Shown here: positions 1 to 13,300 of the stretch, one piece after another | Layout of the letters: each line of letters opens with the position of its first letter | How positions within the stretch are numbered: the stretch's first letter is position 1 | Notes under the pieces: model-generated | Told to the model about the DNA's origin: nothing | Seen by the model: the letters and a program-made list of their open reading frames with translations, nothing else | Database searches by the model: none | Position numbers and translations under genes: made by a program | Assembly: GCA_051362555.1 (NCBI GenBank) | Contig: CM120646.1 | Coordinates: forward strand, 124,001 to 188,000 | DNA from: Lingula anatina | Taxonomy: Eukaryota > Animalia > Brachiopoda | Reading direction: 5' to 3' | Length of the DNA stretch: 64,000 bases

Positions 1-1335
1 GCTTAATGTAACTACATTACGTAGGCTCTTGGTAGAGTAGACTGCTCTAGCCTTCCATGAAAATTGATCTTCCCACTGCTACAGGCAGATTTCATATCTA
101 AGTGCTTTGAGATAAAGCCATCATGTCAAATTAATAATACAAAGAGTTGATTTGCCTTGATATTTCTGTCTCTGATACACCTTCACCTCCTGTATTGTGA
201 TATATGAGATCATACTCACTTAATTACTTTGTATTGTGATATATGAGATCATACTTAATTACTTTGTATTATGAAGTGATATACCTACAAAATAACACAT
301 TCCTCTAGTTTTTTTATCAGCTTTCATTACAGGTCTACCTTTAGAAAAACATCCCACTTGTAAACTTATATACAGTATCAAGGGGATCATGTAATATTAT
401 ACAAATAGTTCGTGTCTACTGTAGTTTAAAGCAAAATGTTGGACACAGTCAACATTCTTGGCCTTTAGTTAATGTATGAATGTCAGCAGAGTATCCATAT
501 GTCTGTATCACTGTAAATTCTGGCTCTAATGCACCACTATAACTAATTATCAAAACAACAGGTCTCAATGTTAGTCTACTAGCATATAATGCACACTCAA
601 TTTAAGGCAAATTAATGTTCAAATCCGTTTCATAATTCACTTCCAATGTGGACTCTTGAGTGCAGAGCTCATGATTGGAGAGGCCCCACTGTATCCCAGC
701 TTTTCCACTGCATCCACTGTTATTATTATTATTATTATGACTATGTTAGACAAGAAATTATAAGAGCTGATGACTACATCTCTCTCAGTAATATTTAAAT
801 GAAAACAATCTTATCACTCTAACTGTTATACAATGCACTCATGATATCTCAGTAATACTAAAGCTAAACCTGCATTAATTAACATGTTTCAATAAATCAC
901 ACATTTGTATACTGTATATGTTTGTCCTTTCATATCTTTGCCATTAGAAACGAGACCATACTCAGCAAGGCTTTGACTATCAACATTTCACAGGTACTCA
1001 AGTACAGAACCTTGAAATGCTGACCAGCGACTGGTTTCTCTGAGGGATTCTGTAAGCTTAGCAACCAGACCACACTATTTGTAAACAGAAGCTTAAAGCA
1101 GTGAATACAACCACTGATAACATGAAGGCCTTCTCTGTAGGGCTCTTCACAAAGGCACTTTTCAAGAGTTTTATCAATAGATCTCATTACACCGAGCACA
1201 TTAATCATCCTTCAATTCACTCAATCCCTTACACACTGTCAGTGAGATTGTGTTAGTGGAGACAGATATCACATTTTGTTGCTGTTCTTTACTTTCATTT
1301 TATACCAGGCACTATTGCCCTAGAAGGTCTTATAC

Positions 1336-1429
1336 CTGGTTTAACATTTTCTTCTAGTTCCTGGTGCACCTGAAGGTCTTAAATATCCGCGTGCAAATAA
1401 TAAACAAGTTCAAATTAGAAGTGCTAGAT
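1336..1429 (-). other. Candidate exon of an unidentified divergent (minus-strand) gene; ends in ATG TTA AAC CAG (MLNQ) before a GT donor
   Basis: Minus strand reads ttttgtccctttAG|atctag...aaaATGTTAAACCAG|GTataag. An upstream donor (cagaaggag|GTgagg, ~2276) lies next to the promoter. No homology recognisable from 4 codons. Confidence 0.3.
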
Positions 1430-2279
1430 CTAAAGGGACAAAATGCATATTTAAACACATAGGTTTTTACTTAAAACTAACTTAAAAGTACATGTACATA
1501 ACAACATCTTGTTAACTTACATGTACCTGAGGCCAAGTAAAACATTTTGAAAAATTTTAAAAGATAAATGCCAAGAATTAATATCTAATGTATCATGAAT
1601 GAAACCCTCCTTGCCACCAGTTGACCATAATATGACACAAACTTGGGATATTCATTCAGAGATGGGAAATATGACTACAGGAAATGTTCAAATCAATGTA
1701 TACTGAATACCATTATGGGTCAATGTTTTCTTAGATTGTTAAACAGTTGTGCCAGAAAAGGAGGATTAAAGATCCAACAGACAGTCGGCTTAAAATCGGT
1801 ACATGATCACCTATAGCCTCTACATATATTCCTCAATACAAATTTGAACACGCGCCAAACCCTCCCCCCCCCCCCCCCAACACACACACACACACATGCA
1901 CACACACACACACACACAACAGCCGGTGTTCCAGACAATTGTATGACAAAACTAAAATGGGTTTCTAAAACGAAAGAGGCCACATTTAAAGTAGATCTAA
2001 AGCTAAGTAGAACTAGATTCATTTGGGAGATGATTGCTTATATTAGTAAAGATACACTGTCACTAAAAATGAACAGTTCAGAATTATGAAACATCTCCAA
2101 CAAGTTGAACAACACGAAAAAAAACTGTGAAAAGCGCTCATGGAGGCCGAAACGAAATATCAGCGTGAGGGTCGACCAGTAAACACACTTTTTTACATTT
2201 CCAAAGTGTTTCTTTTGCCGTCACCCCATTGCCAACAATTTATTACGAGCAAATTCAACTCCAACAACAACCTCACCTC

Positions 2280-2410
2280 CTTCTGTTTTGACGTCTACGC
2301 GTGAAATGAACAACACGCAACTTCTCTGCGCACAGCGGTGCATTGTGGGAATTTAAAGGTCACCGGAAGTTAGGATCACAAGCAGGTAGTTGTCAATATT
2401 TTATTGGTAA
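2280..2410. promoter_or_regulatory. Probable bidirectional promoter (TBC1D5 and a divergent gene)
   Basis: Locally CpG-rich. Contains a ZNF143/Staf-like site (TTCCCACAATGCAC on minus strand, 2338-2351), ETS/GABP CCGGAAGT (2363-2370) and CRE-like TGACGTC (~2289). Splice donors point outward on both strands (~2276 minus; ~2386/2407 plus). Confidence 0.55.
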
Positions 2411-4729
2411 TTTTCCCAGTTTAACAGCTGATGGTTGTGTTAAATCTTAGTTTAATTATGCATGTAAACGCGCGAGTCTTATTAAATATATCGTGCTTAA
2501 AAGTTTGCTGCCGTATTCAGAAGACATTCTTAAGGTGTATGTAGTCCTGCCGAGGCCGGTTTTAATGAAACAGTGAAAGTCGAATCTAAACATTGAGTCA
2601 TGTGATTTGTATAACAAACCTTGAGTTTACCACAGTGACCCTTGGTTAATTTTTTTACTATCTGGAAATAGTCTGCTTTAACATTCTGTAGTTTTTTTAA
2701 TGATATAAAAGTACGTGTTTGAAAATCGTGTTTGCTATTCATTTGTTTGTGAATGCCTCATTTAAGTTTAAGTATTTTCATAATATTACCTATTTTTATA
2801 TAATATAAATTATTTTAATTATTATTTATATAATCTGTATTTATGAATATCAGTTTAATTGGGGTTCAGACAATGTGAATAGGATTTGTTTTGTAAACTA
2901 TATAGTAGAAATGATTGATGAAGAAACAGTTCAGTCGTACAGAAAATAAACAATTTGTTTAGAAATGTAAAAGACTAGAGCATTTTAGTCAGAAGTGAGC
3001 ATTGTTAAATTATGATAAAGCAAAACCTTTGCAAGATACTGTCCTTTAATGAGATAGCTGCTATTGCCAGGTGTGATGTTATTTTTACTGTCAGGTGATA
3101 CTGTTATGTTTTCTGATGAAATATTTGTTATTGATCATGAGACAGCTGAAATAATACACCCCCTCTTTTTGTTATGCTGGTGGTTTCCCAGACCTTCAAT
3201 TATATAAGTGCTTTAATCATTTTTAATAAAATACACATGGCAAGATAGATTTTGAATGAAAAATTATTTTAAATTATGAGCAGTGTAGCTTAGTTAATTC
3301 CAATTTGGCAAAGGAAAATATAAAATATTTTTCTCTCTTTTGCCAAATTTCTTATTGGTAAAATTCTACTTTTTTGTATGAATAATATTATCCAAAATTA
3401 ATTTGGCTGATAGAAATTTAATACTAAGTAGATTCAAAAGTGTCAGTATGCAAAGAAATCACTGTTATGAAATATAAAAAGAATGAAAAATTGTTACTTC
3501 TAATTTTGTTATTGTGTTATTCATAAACCATTGAAAGCTTTTGTTAAGGAATGAGCCAAGTATTTTATTCATGAAAATAAAGCCATTGCAGAAAAGATAA
3601 AGACACCAGAAAATGTGACTGTTCAGTACTAAAGGCATTGTTTACAGATGACGTGTGTATTGGAGAGTTAAGTAAGCTTTTATTCACATCACTTTATATG
3701 CATATTGATTACATATTGATCTCTGTCATGCTCTGGGCCTCAATGTGGTGTAGACACTGTATACTAATAATATGGGATATAATTGAAGCCAAAAAGGAAG
3801 GGAGATTGTCTGGTAGATTTTGGAAATTTATTTTTTGGCAGAAAAATTAAAAATTTGTCAAAAACAAAAAGTTTTCCAAACCTATTTCATCATAATTACC
3901 TCATGTAGAAAGTCTTACAGCACACAACATATTTCAATCACAGTGGTGGCAGGCTGGACAATATAGGGATAAGATTAGCTTTCTTTGGTGATGTAATCAT
4001 GACCAGACAGCCTGCTAAGACAGAGTGAACTGAGTTATGCAAATCCAATGTGACTGGAAATACGGGACATTGAATGATCTCACTTGTCCATGATGGCTGA
4101 TGCTATGCCAGGACATAGAACAGCCTGTCACTAGTATCAGTGAGATCAACTAGTGACCTGGAAGTGGTAGATAATGAAAGCCATGTGGTGTAATGTTTCA
4201 CCAGAGACAGCATATCCTACACTATAGCACAGTGGCTGCTATAGTAAGCCTTACTCCAACACGTGAAAGTTTTGCTTGCTTAGAGCTAAATTAATGTCTA
4301 ATGCCCTTGTCAGTTTATCAGAGAATATTTTCAAAGAAATAATTAGGTTATTGGTCCCAACATTGCAGTGAATACATGTGCTTGTGTAAAACTGAAGTTG
4401 TTAAGGTAGTCACAGTACTAGTGTCATGAGTGATGAATGCTAGTGCAAGGGGGTTTGATACATTTTAAAGGCCTATATTCAGTAAAATACCTTTCCCTTA
4501 TTTCTTATAAGTAAAATACTTATATTTAAGGTATACTGAATGAGTCCTTAATTGTTTGAACATTTTCCAAAATCATATTTTCTGTGTCTATATTAACATA
4601 TATATCCTGCTAAGCCCTTTATCAATGTTTTCAAATTTTGACCTTAAAAGCTATAAAATCTCTAAAATATAAGTATCTGACAATGTTAGTTCCTTCTTAA
4701 TATAAATGAAGACGCTGTTCTAAATGACT

Positions 4730-4898
4730 CAGGCCAAGACTTTCAAAAGGGAAGATCTTTCTTAGAGAGAGTGGACCATTTATAACGAAATCTTTCTGTA
4801 CCTAGATAAGTTTTACCCAGGATGGACTTTTTCTTGGAAAAAAGGATGATTCTTTCAACCTCCCCCCCCCCCCCCCCCCCCCCTTGGCCATGGGCCTG
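4730..4898. mobile_element. Short MITE, CAGGCC...GGCCTG termini, 5-bp TSD TGACT
   Basis: tgact|CAGGCC ... GGGCCTG|tgact read directly. Confidence 0.6.
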
Positions 4899-5913
4899 TG
4901 ACTGGTCAGTAATTAAGAACTAAACCATGAAATTAAATCTTAAGTGGTAAAATAAAAAGCAAACCTTTCATGGAAAGTTCCATGGCACTAGATTGTAGTA
5001 CTTGTTGTTATTATTTAACAGGTATTAGAACAGTACTGACAACTGTTCAGGTGAGGGAGGTCTGTTTGAATTCAATATTAGTTTTTTCCCCCCCAAAATG
5101 TTGCTGTTACTTTATCAGAACAGATTAGAAAATTTGCACTCATGTTTTTTTTTAATGCAATATCATTATCTGGTAACAATACAATGTGTAATTTCAGATT
5201 ATCAAATTGGATAAGAAAAAAATCCCTAACATACTGAACCAGCTAATGGATAAGTCAACTAGTGTACTAGTCTATATAGTTATTAATATTGTAAGTGTGG
5301 AGAAAAAGGGGATTAAAAAATTACCCACTAAACATGGAGCATTTGTTACCACCCTGTATATATAAACTACAGTACAGTGTTGCTTTGGTTAATGATTTTG
5401 TAATTTTCATGCTCTATTTCAGTGTTGCTAACTGTCAGCTCCAGTGACAGTACCGTGAGTGTCTGGCACTGTGCAGAAGTAATAGTCAACGGTATTGGAC
5501 AGTGTGCAGGAGCAATTACCATAGGAAGAATGTGGCCAGACCAGTGAATGAGTCACAGTATTGATGGTGGAATTGATGTCTGAGCAAGCTTGTTGCTGTT
5601 GGCTGGAAAGTAAAGCAACCAGACGACAGGGATAGTTTACAAAATGGGTAGGTAACACCAAGTAGACATTGGTTTGATGACCAAGCCAAACTAATGTTAC
5701 CTGTTTTCTTATTTATTTGTTTGTTTATTTGTGTGATTATTTCAAGACAGCAAGCAGATAAAATGCAGCTCTATTGAACCAGCAATACAGGATACGGTAT
5801 GATAAGTACATTCTTCTGATGGAAGAGAGAAAAATGGTTTTGATGGAAAGATCAATACATAGAGAACCACCAGCAGTAAGATTTAATAATAATGGAATTA
5901 TTACACACTCAAT

Positions 5914-6230
5914 GGGAGCATTCACATCGAGAAGAGCCGATGTCTAGTAAGGCCGAGACCTAAATATGACGGACCTACATTAAAGGGAAACCCCTTAATC
6001 CATTAATAGTCTCTCCGCCTCTCACACGCCTCCCCACATGTCGTCCCTGCAGGTGCACGGTACCTAATTAAATCTCAGCTCAATTCAACCAGTCGAGGAA
6101 CAACGGGTGGGGAGCCGTGTGAGAGGGAGAGAGACCACTACAGGATTAAAAAGTCTTCCTTTCATGTAGGTCCACCATATTTAGGTCGCGCCCTTATTAG
6201 ACCCTGGCTCTTCTTGATGTGAATGCTCCC
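5914..6230. mobile_element. MITE with long TIRs (GGGAGCATTCACATC...), 3-bp TSD AAT; PIF/Harbinger-like
   Basis: 5914 gggagcattcacatcgagaagagcc is the inverse of ggctcttcttgatgtgaatgctccc ending 6230. Imperfect symmetry continues inward and aat flanks both ends. Confidence 0.7.
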
Positions 6231-6471
6231 AATGTCCCTAGCCCTGCCTGGCCTTGGATCTGTAGATCTGTGTGTGACACAGGCAGGTGCTGGAGCCGTG
6301 GGGAATAGATGACTTTTCATTATTAGGATCAAATTAGTCTAGAACACAGCCTAGATTTAAATGTTGCCTTTTTATTTCAGAAACAAGAATGGTTTTTTAC
6401 TCTATATAGTGTGTTGTAAGGACAATAATATTATGTCAGCATCTAATTGCTGTTATTAATACAAAGTTTAT

Positions 6472-7311
6472 GCCAGTGGCAACTACAGAATAAGTATATC
6501 TGTGTATTTGATACCTATTCCATCCAGTGGTAACTACAGAATAAGTTTATCTTTGTATTTGATACCTATTCCAGGCAGTGGCAACTACAGAATAAGTTTA
6601 TCTTTGTATTTGATACCTATTCCAGCCAGTGGCAACTACAGAATAAGTTTATCTTTGTATTTGATACCTATTCCAGCCAGTGGCAACTACAGAATAAGTT
6701 TATCTTTGTATTTGATACCTATTCCAGCCAGTGGCAACTACAGAATAAGTTTATCTTTGTATTTGATACCTATTCCTGCCAGTGGCAACTACAGAATAAG
6801 TTTATCTTTGTATTTGATACCTATTCCAGCCAGTGGCAACTACAGAATAAGTTTATCTTTGTATTTGATACCTATTCCAGCCAGTGGCAACTACAGAATA
6901 AGTTTATCTTTGTATTTGATACCTATTCCAGCCAGTGGCAACTACAGAATAAGTTTATCTTTGTATTTGATACCTATTCCAGCCAGTGGCAACTACAGAA
7001 TAAGTTTATCTTTGTATTTGATACCTATTCCAGCCAGTGGCAACTACAGAATAAGTTTATCTGTTTATTTGATACCTATTCCAGCCAGTGGCAACTACAG
7101 AATAAGTTTATCTGTGTATTTGATACCTATTCCAGCCAGTGGCAACTACAGAATAAGTTTATCTGTTTATTTGATACCTATTCCAGCCAGTGGCAACTAC
7201 AGAATAAGTTTATCTTTGTATTTGATACCTATTCCAGCCAGTGGCAACTACAGAATAAGTTTATCTGTGTATTTGATACCTATTTCCAGCCAGTGGTAAC
7301 TACAGAATAAG
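6472..7311 (+). repeat. 51-bp minisatellite, ~16.5 copies, each containing the 3' splice site of the first coding TBC1D5 exon
   Basis: Unit ...tttgtatttgatacctattccAG|ccagtggcaactacagaataag. The last copy (tatttccag, exon start 7290) runs into unique exon sequence. Confidence 0.9.
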
Positions 7312-7366
7312 ACAGAAAGAGAAAACCAAGGCCGGGTCTGAGGTGTTTCCAACCAAGGAGGATATC

Positions 7367-10300
7367 ATGTCCACTTTGGAGCAGTTTGGAGAAAAGAATA
7401 ACTCAGGTAAATCAAGCATTTTGACATTATTGATATTATATTATGTATAGATTACTATTGGTTGTTGAACCAGATGATTGCTATTAGAAAAGTTGAGGTA
7501 GACCAGCTTTCACTCCAAACTTCTATCTGTGAACCATTCTTTCCAGTAACACTGAGCTGATAACAACATATACACAAGTGTCCTTCCATTTATTTTGAAG
7601 ATGTCTTCTGACTGACTTAGTCTATTCAAACAAACATATGAAATGAAGTTAATAAAATCAATTCTCTTCATAGATGATAATTATTTAGCACAAGCTAAAA
7701 ATAGTCTTTATACTATAAGGTTTTAATATGAAGAGTATTTTCAGCTTGTGCTAAATAATTACCATCTATGATCCAAATACCAACCTTAGGAACATTTTTG
7801 CTCATTAATTCTGTTGTATTGTTCACATTTAGCTTACTTAATGAGAACCTCCATATAGACAGCTCTATAACAGTATTTGTGTCATTATTAACTTCCACTT
7901 CATCCTATATCTCAGAGTGTGCCCCGCCCACTGATAGCACCCCCAGTACCCCAGGGAGACTAGACTACAGCGGCTATGAGCAGATAGACACACCCAATAC
8001 TGGCTCTAGTATTACTAATTCCTACTGGTAAGCTATAGTCCTAAACCAGCTATGAACAGATAGGCACACCCAATACCGGCTCTAGTATCACTAATTCCTA
8101 CTGGTAAGTATAGCCCTAAACCAGCTATGAACAGATAGACACAACCAATACTGGCTCTAGTATTACTAATTCCTACTGGTAGGTATAGCCCTAAACCAGC
8201 TATGAACAGATAGACACACCCAATACCGGCTCTAGTATCACTAATTCCTACTGGTAAGTATAGTCCTAAACCAGCTATGAACAGATAGACATACCAAATA
8301 CCGGCTCTAGTATCACTAATTCCTACTGGTAGGTATAGCCCTAAACCAGCTATGAACAGATAGACACACCCAATACCGGCTCTAGTATCACTAATTCCTA
8401 CTGGTAAGTATAGTCCTAAACCAGCTATGAACAGATAGACACACCCAATACCGGCTCTAGTATCACTAATTCCTACTGGTAGGTATAGCCCTAAACCAGC
8501 TATGAACAGATAGACACACCCAATACTGGCTCTAGTATCACTAATTCCTACTGGTAGGTATAGCCCTAAACCAGCTATGAACAGATAGACACAACCAATA
8601 CTGGCTCTAGTATCACTAATTCCTACTGGTAGGTATAGCCCTTAACCAGCTATGAACAGATAGACACACCTAATACTGGCTCTAGTATCACTAATTCCTA
8701 CTGGTAGGTATAGCCCTAAACCAGAAGCCTGCTAGTCTGTGGAAATACCATTTGCTTGACCAGAATAAATACTGACACTGAGAAGTTTTCTACACATTAA
8801 TAGAATCCATCTGTAATCATAATGTAGGTAGCATTGACAGAGTTATTATCTAAAATTAGGTCACCTTGACCCATATTTCATGTAGAAGTAGGTCATACTG
8901 ACCCAAATGACCCAATGTTTATTTGACCCTGTTGACCCATTTATGCTTTGTTTCCAGTTCTGAGTGGGAGAGGCTATTTGAACGTCCAGATTACATGAAG
9001 ATAGTCAGGCGGCTGGGCGTGGAGGGGCACCTGAGGAGTACACGATTCAGGAGTGTCATTTGGAAGGTATATGCAGCCCCCCCTCCCCCCCCCCCCCCGA
9101 CACGTAGTCTTCCCTCAAACTCTTCCTTCCCCAAAATGAAAGTAAAAGAGACTGAAAATATTTAATGCAGAACTTGCTTTTGATTTTTGACAAATATTTT
9201 GTTTAGACAACAAATTTTTTGTTGTATATAAATATTATTCTCAACAGTGTAATTCATATTATGTTTGCACAAGGAAATGTCCTTGATAGTGCATCAATTT
9301 TTAGAAGAACTGGTACGTGACAGAGGTGAATATTATACATCTTAACATAATGAAAATTTTGCATTACATTTCATTGTATCCATGTCTCACCTTGTAGCTG
9401 TACCTGGAGGTACTTCCAGAAGACCAGGATCAGTGGATAGAGAAGACAAGACAGAAGAGACAGGAGTATGAGGACCTTAAAGACAAGGTGAGATGGGAGA
9501 ATTTAAAGATTAGGGTGTATAAAATCATATCATAAATCTGTCGTCTGAAACAGACTCCTGTAGAAAAGCTATAGTTCATTTTGTTATATTTACAAACATT
9601 TATCTAAAATTATTTACTAGAATACAAATGCTTTATGATAAATTACCCATTAGACATCTCTGATCAGAATATCTTGTGTTCATGTTTCATAAGTTGATCA
9701 CCAACCCGCGGCAAGGTCAAGCAGAGGACCTGAGTGTGAACAACCCACTGTCACAGGCTGAGGAGGTATGTAGGTTCAAGGTCGTAGGTCTTAGTCACTG
9801 TGACCTGAGTGTGAACAACCCGCTGTCACAGGCTGAGGAGGTATGTAGGTTCAAGGTCCTAGGTCTTAGTCACTGTGACCTGAGTGTGAACAACCCACTG
9901 TCACAGGCTGAGGAGGTACAGGCCTAACCAACTACCAGAATCGGCACCTAAGGATCCTGAATAAACCGGTATATCGGACCACACTACCCGTTTTCAAGGT
10001 GTGAGTCAGATCGCATTTCGGAGTATCATACCCCAGAACAAATTTTGTAGGACGACTGCGGGCTCATCCACGCTCGGCTGAACAACGTACCTTAAACTGT
10101 ACTCTTACTTTGGAGTACTCTATTTCATTGTCTCTATGGGGGTATATGGGGACTTTACGACATTCGGTTTGAATGTTTTAACCACTTTTGATAGGGCTTT
10201 TTTGCATTGTATTAGATTAATGTGGCAGTCTAAGGTTCATCTAGGTGGCTTTCAAATTTATGCACCCGGTTTTAAAATCATATAGCGATTAAATACGACA

Positions 10301-13300
10301 ATCGTTTACTATCCAATCAAGGTGACAGCCGAGCGTAGGCTCATCCTGTCGGTGTTCTGACTGATACTCCGAAATGCGATCTGACACACACCTTGAAAAC
10401 GGGTAGTGTGGTCCGATATACCGGTTAATTCATGATCCTTAGGTGCCGAGTCTGGTAGTTGGTTAGGCCTGAGGTATGTAGGTTCAAGGTCGTAGGTCTT
10501 AGTCACTGTGACTTGAGTGTGAACAACCCGCTGTCACAGGCTGAGGAGGTATGTAGGTTCAAGGTCCTAGGTCTTAGTCACTGTGACCTGAGTGTGAACA
10601 ACCCACTGTCACAGGCTGAGGAGGTATGTAGGTTCAAGGTCCTAGGTCTTAGTCACTGTGACCTGAGTGTGAACAACCCACTGTCACAGGCTGAGGAGGT
10701 ATGTAGGTTCAAGGTCCTAGGTCTTAGTCACTGTGACCTGAGTGTGAACAACCCACTGTCACAGGTAGAGGAGGTATGTAGGTTCAAGGTCGTAGGTCTT
10801 AGTCACTGTGACCTGAGTGTGAACAACCCACTGTCACAGGTAGAGGAGGTATGTAGGTTCAAGGTCCTTGGTCTTAGTCACTGTGACCTGAGTTTGAACA
10901 ACCCACTGTCACAGGCTGAGGAGGTATGTAGGTTCAAGGTCCTAGGTCGTAAGCACTTGGATGTTAAAAGCCAGCTTAGTGTAACAGGTCTAATATGGAA
11001 AGTGTGTTTTCAGATTATTAAAGAGGTATAATATTGAAGTCTCATAAAAAATCAGCATAGAAACTGTTTCAGTACAATTGTTGTTAACAAAAGTGTTAAA
11101 AAAAGATTTAAATTTTTAAAACGTCTTGGTAAGATAACTTTATTTAATGATTGAAGGATGAAATGAGATTTGTTTTTACATTGCAGAGTCCATGGAACCA
11201 ATTTTTTCTGGACAACGAACTGAGACTGACGATCAAACAAGATGTTATTAGAACGTAAGTTGTATTTCTGGATTATGGAAGGAATGTATATCTTTTATTG
11301 GACGTAACTTTTGTGTAAAATTTCTTGACTTTTTATCAGTGATGTTTTTTTTTTCATTGGGGTTTATTTTGGGTTGATAGGATGTGCCTGCAAAATGATT
11401 TCTCAGAGATTTTAATGCATTCATTTTAGGACACAGCAGTCGTGTATTGCCAGTTGGTGGCCATATTGTGGTCTGAAAGACATTCTCTCTTAATTTAAGT
11501 AATAGCTGCAGTATGGGATTCCCCAGCAAGGAGCATTTCTATTTAACTGATGTCTGGATTATCTTATCATTGCAGCTACCCAAGAATAGAATTTTTCCAC
11601 TCCAACAAAGTCAGGAACATGATGGTGGACGGGTTGTTTATATATGCCAAGATCAAGCCAGATGTGTCTTATAGACAGGTTATTCTCTATTGTCATGTGT
11701 ATTAGTCCTCTGGCTGTACAGACTGAACTAGTCCAGCTTCTCAACAACCTTCTTGAAACAACAGTCTATTTGGTGAACAGTAATGTCTCTGGTTCATGCT
11801 AGCAGTTCATAAGCTCACTGCACTTCTGGGATTTCAAATTTAATTTACCAGTTTGTTTAGTCTTATTTTGTCCGTGTCTAAGCATTCCTTTGAGAAGCTG
11901 GGTTATTTCAGGTTTGACAGATGTCGTTATTGTTAGATGCTGCTGTCACTTGGCAGATATCTCTCAGTTTCTACTTCATTCAGCATGATGCATGTTAGAG
12001 ATATGTTGTAATGTGCCATATTATTATAATATCTTCTCCCTCTCTGTTTTTATTAGATCTGATTTCGTTTCAGACTCAAGTTGTTGGTATTAATTTTATG
12101 ATTTATTTTTTCAGTTCCACTTGGGACTATCCTTTCGAAGTGCTTTCTGTTATGTGTTCAAGTCTTTGTGTATATGTTATAGAACCCTTAGTTTGTTGCA
12201 TGTCTTCATTACTGTATGGATAGGCTCTTGACAAGTGTTTGTGGTAGTCTTTGTCCACCAGTGTAGTACAGTGTAGCTTCCAGCAGTGAAGGGGAGGTTT
12301 AAATAGATGATTCCATTCTAAAACTATGTAATAATTGTAACATTCTAAAACATAGAACATTATATGCATTTTTATTTGAATTATTGATCTATCATTTGTT
12401 TTAGAACCCCATGTGTGTCTGTGTATAATTTTATTCTTGTGTTTCATAGATGTATGCTTTAACTTCACCTGTCACTTTGTATGAAAAGAGGACCTAAATT
12501 CATCAAAATTTTGCACTGCAGTTTATTTCAGTTGTTTCATTGGATTTCCTTTCTCCCTTATTTATATTATACAAGGTCCATTCACACTAGGTCACTTAAG
12601 ACCGAGTCTTAGAATAACTTGCCCAGTCTACTAGTAACTGAGTGAGTTGTCTTTGTACCTCAATGTGGATAACAGGGAGAGCCCACTCTACCTCTGACAT
12701 GAAGACCCTGGGTTGCTCAAGCCAGTTGTCTGATGTAACATAGTTACATTACCAATCCATATTTGGCCTTGTCTGAATGGACCTGTAGATTCATTTGTTG
12801 TTGTTGTCTGCAGTGGTATTTTCATTATTTTAGTTTTCCTGAGCTGGAATTTTTCCAGCATGACAAGCACGGTGTTCAACCTATGATGGTCAAGATTTTG
12901 TTTTGTTTTGCCCGTGCCACAGACTCTAAATACAAGCAGGTTTGTGTTTCAGTTCTATTGGATAACAACAGTAAGTCAGTAACTTGCAATTAAAGTGAGC
13001 CCTTAGGTAAGCACAATAGGTCATTATAGACAATTGGCCCTCATTTGTTAAACTTTCATTTTACCATTTTAAGCTCTAAAATTTCCAATGAATTCTGTGT
13101 AAGAAATGACTTTTGGAAGCTGTGCCTGTAGCAGTGGGTGGGATGTCATGCCATTTTATCTGAGACTGGGTTCCCTTATCTAGATCAATCTAATGGGATC
13201 GATTCATCTCCAAGGGTTTTCTTGCTAAATTGCTTTTAGCTTAAGCGGCTTAGATGTCTGGCATGCCTACAGAAGCTGGTAAATGATAATTAATCCCCCC

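Noticed and set aside
6502-7299. 265-aa repetitive ORF (YLIPIPASGNYRISLSL)n
   Set aside because: Translation of a 51-bp intronic minisatellite, with a non-ATG start; an extra T in the last unit puts it out of frame with the exon.
12115-12223. Possible third TBC1D5 alternative exon
   Set aside because: It has an acceptor but no similarity to the FP..FF...YxQ pattern, and it runs into a stop.
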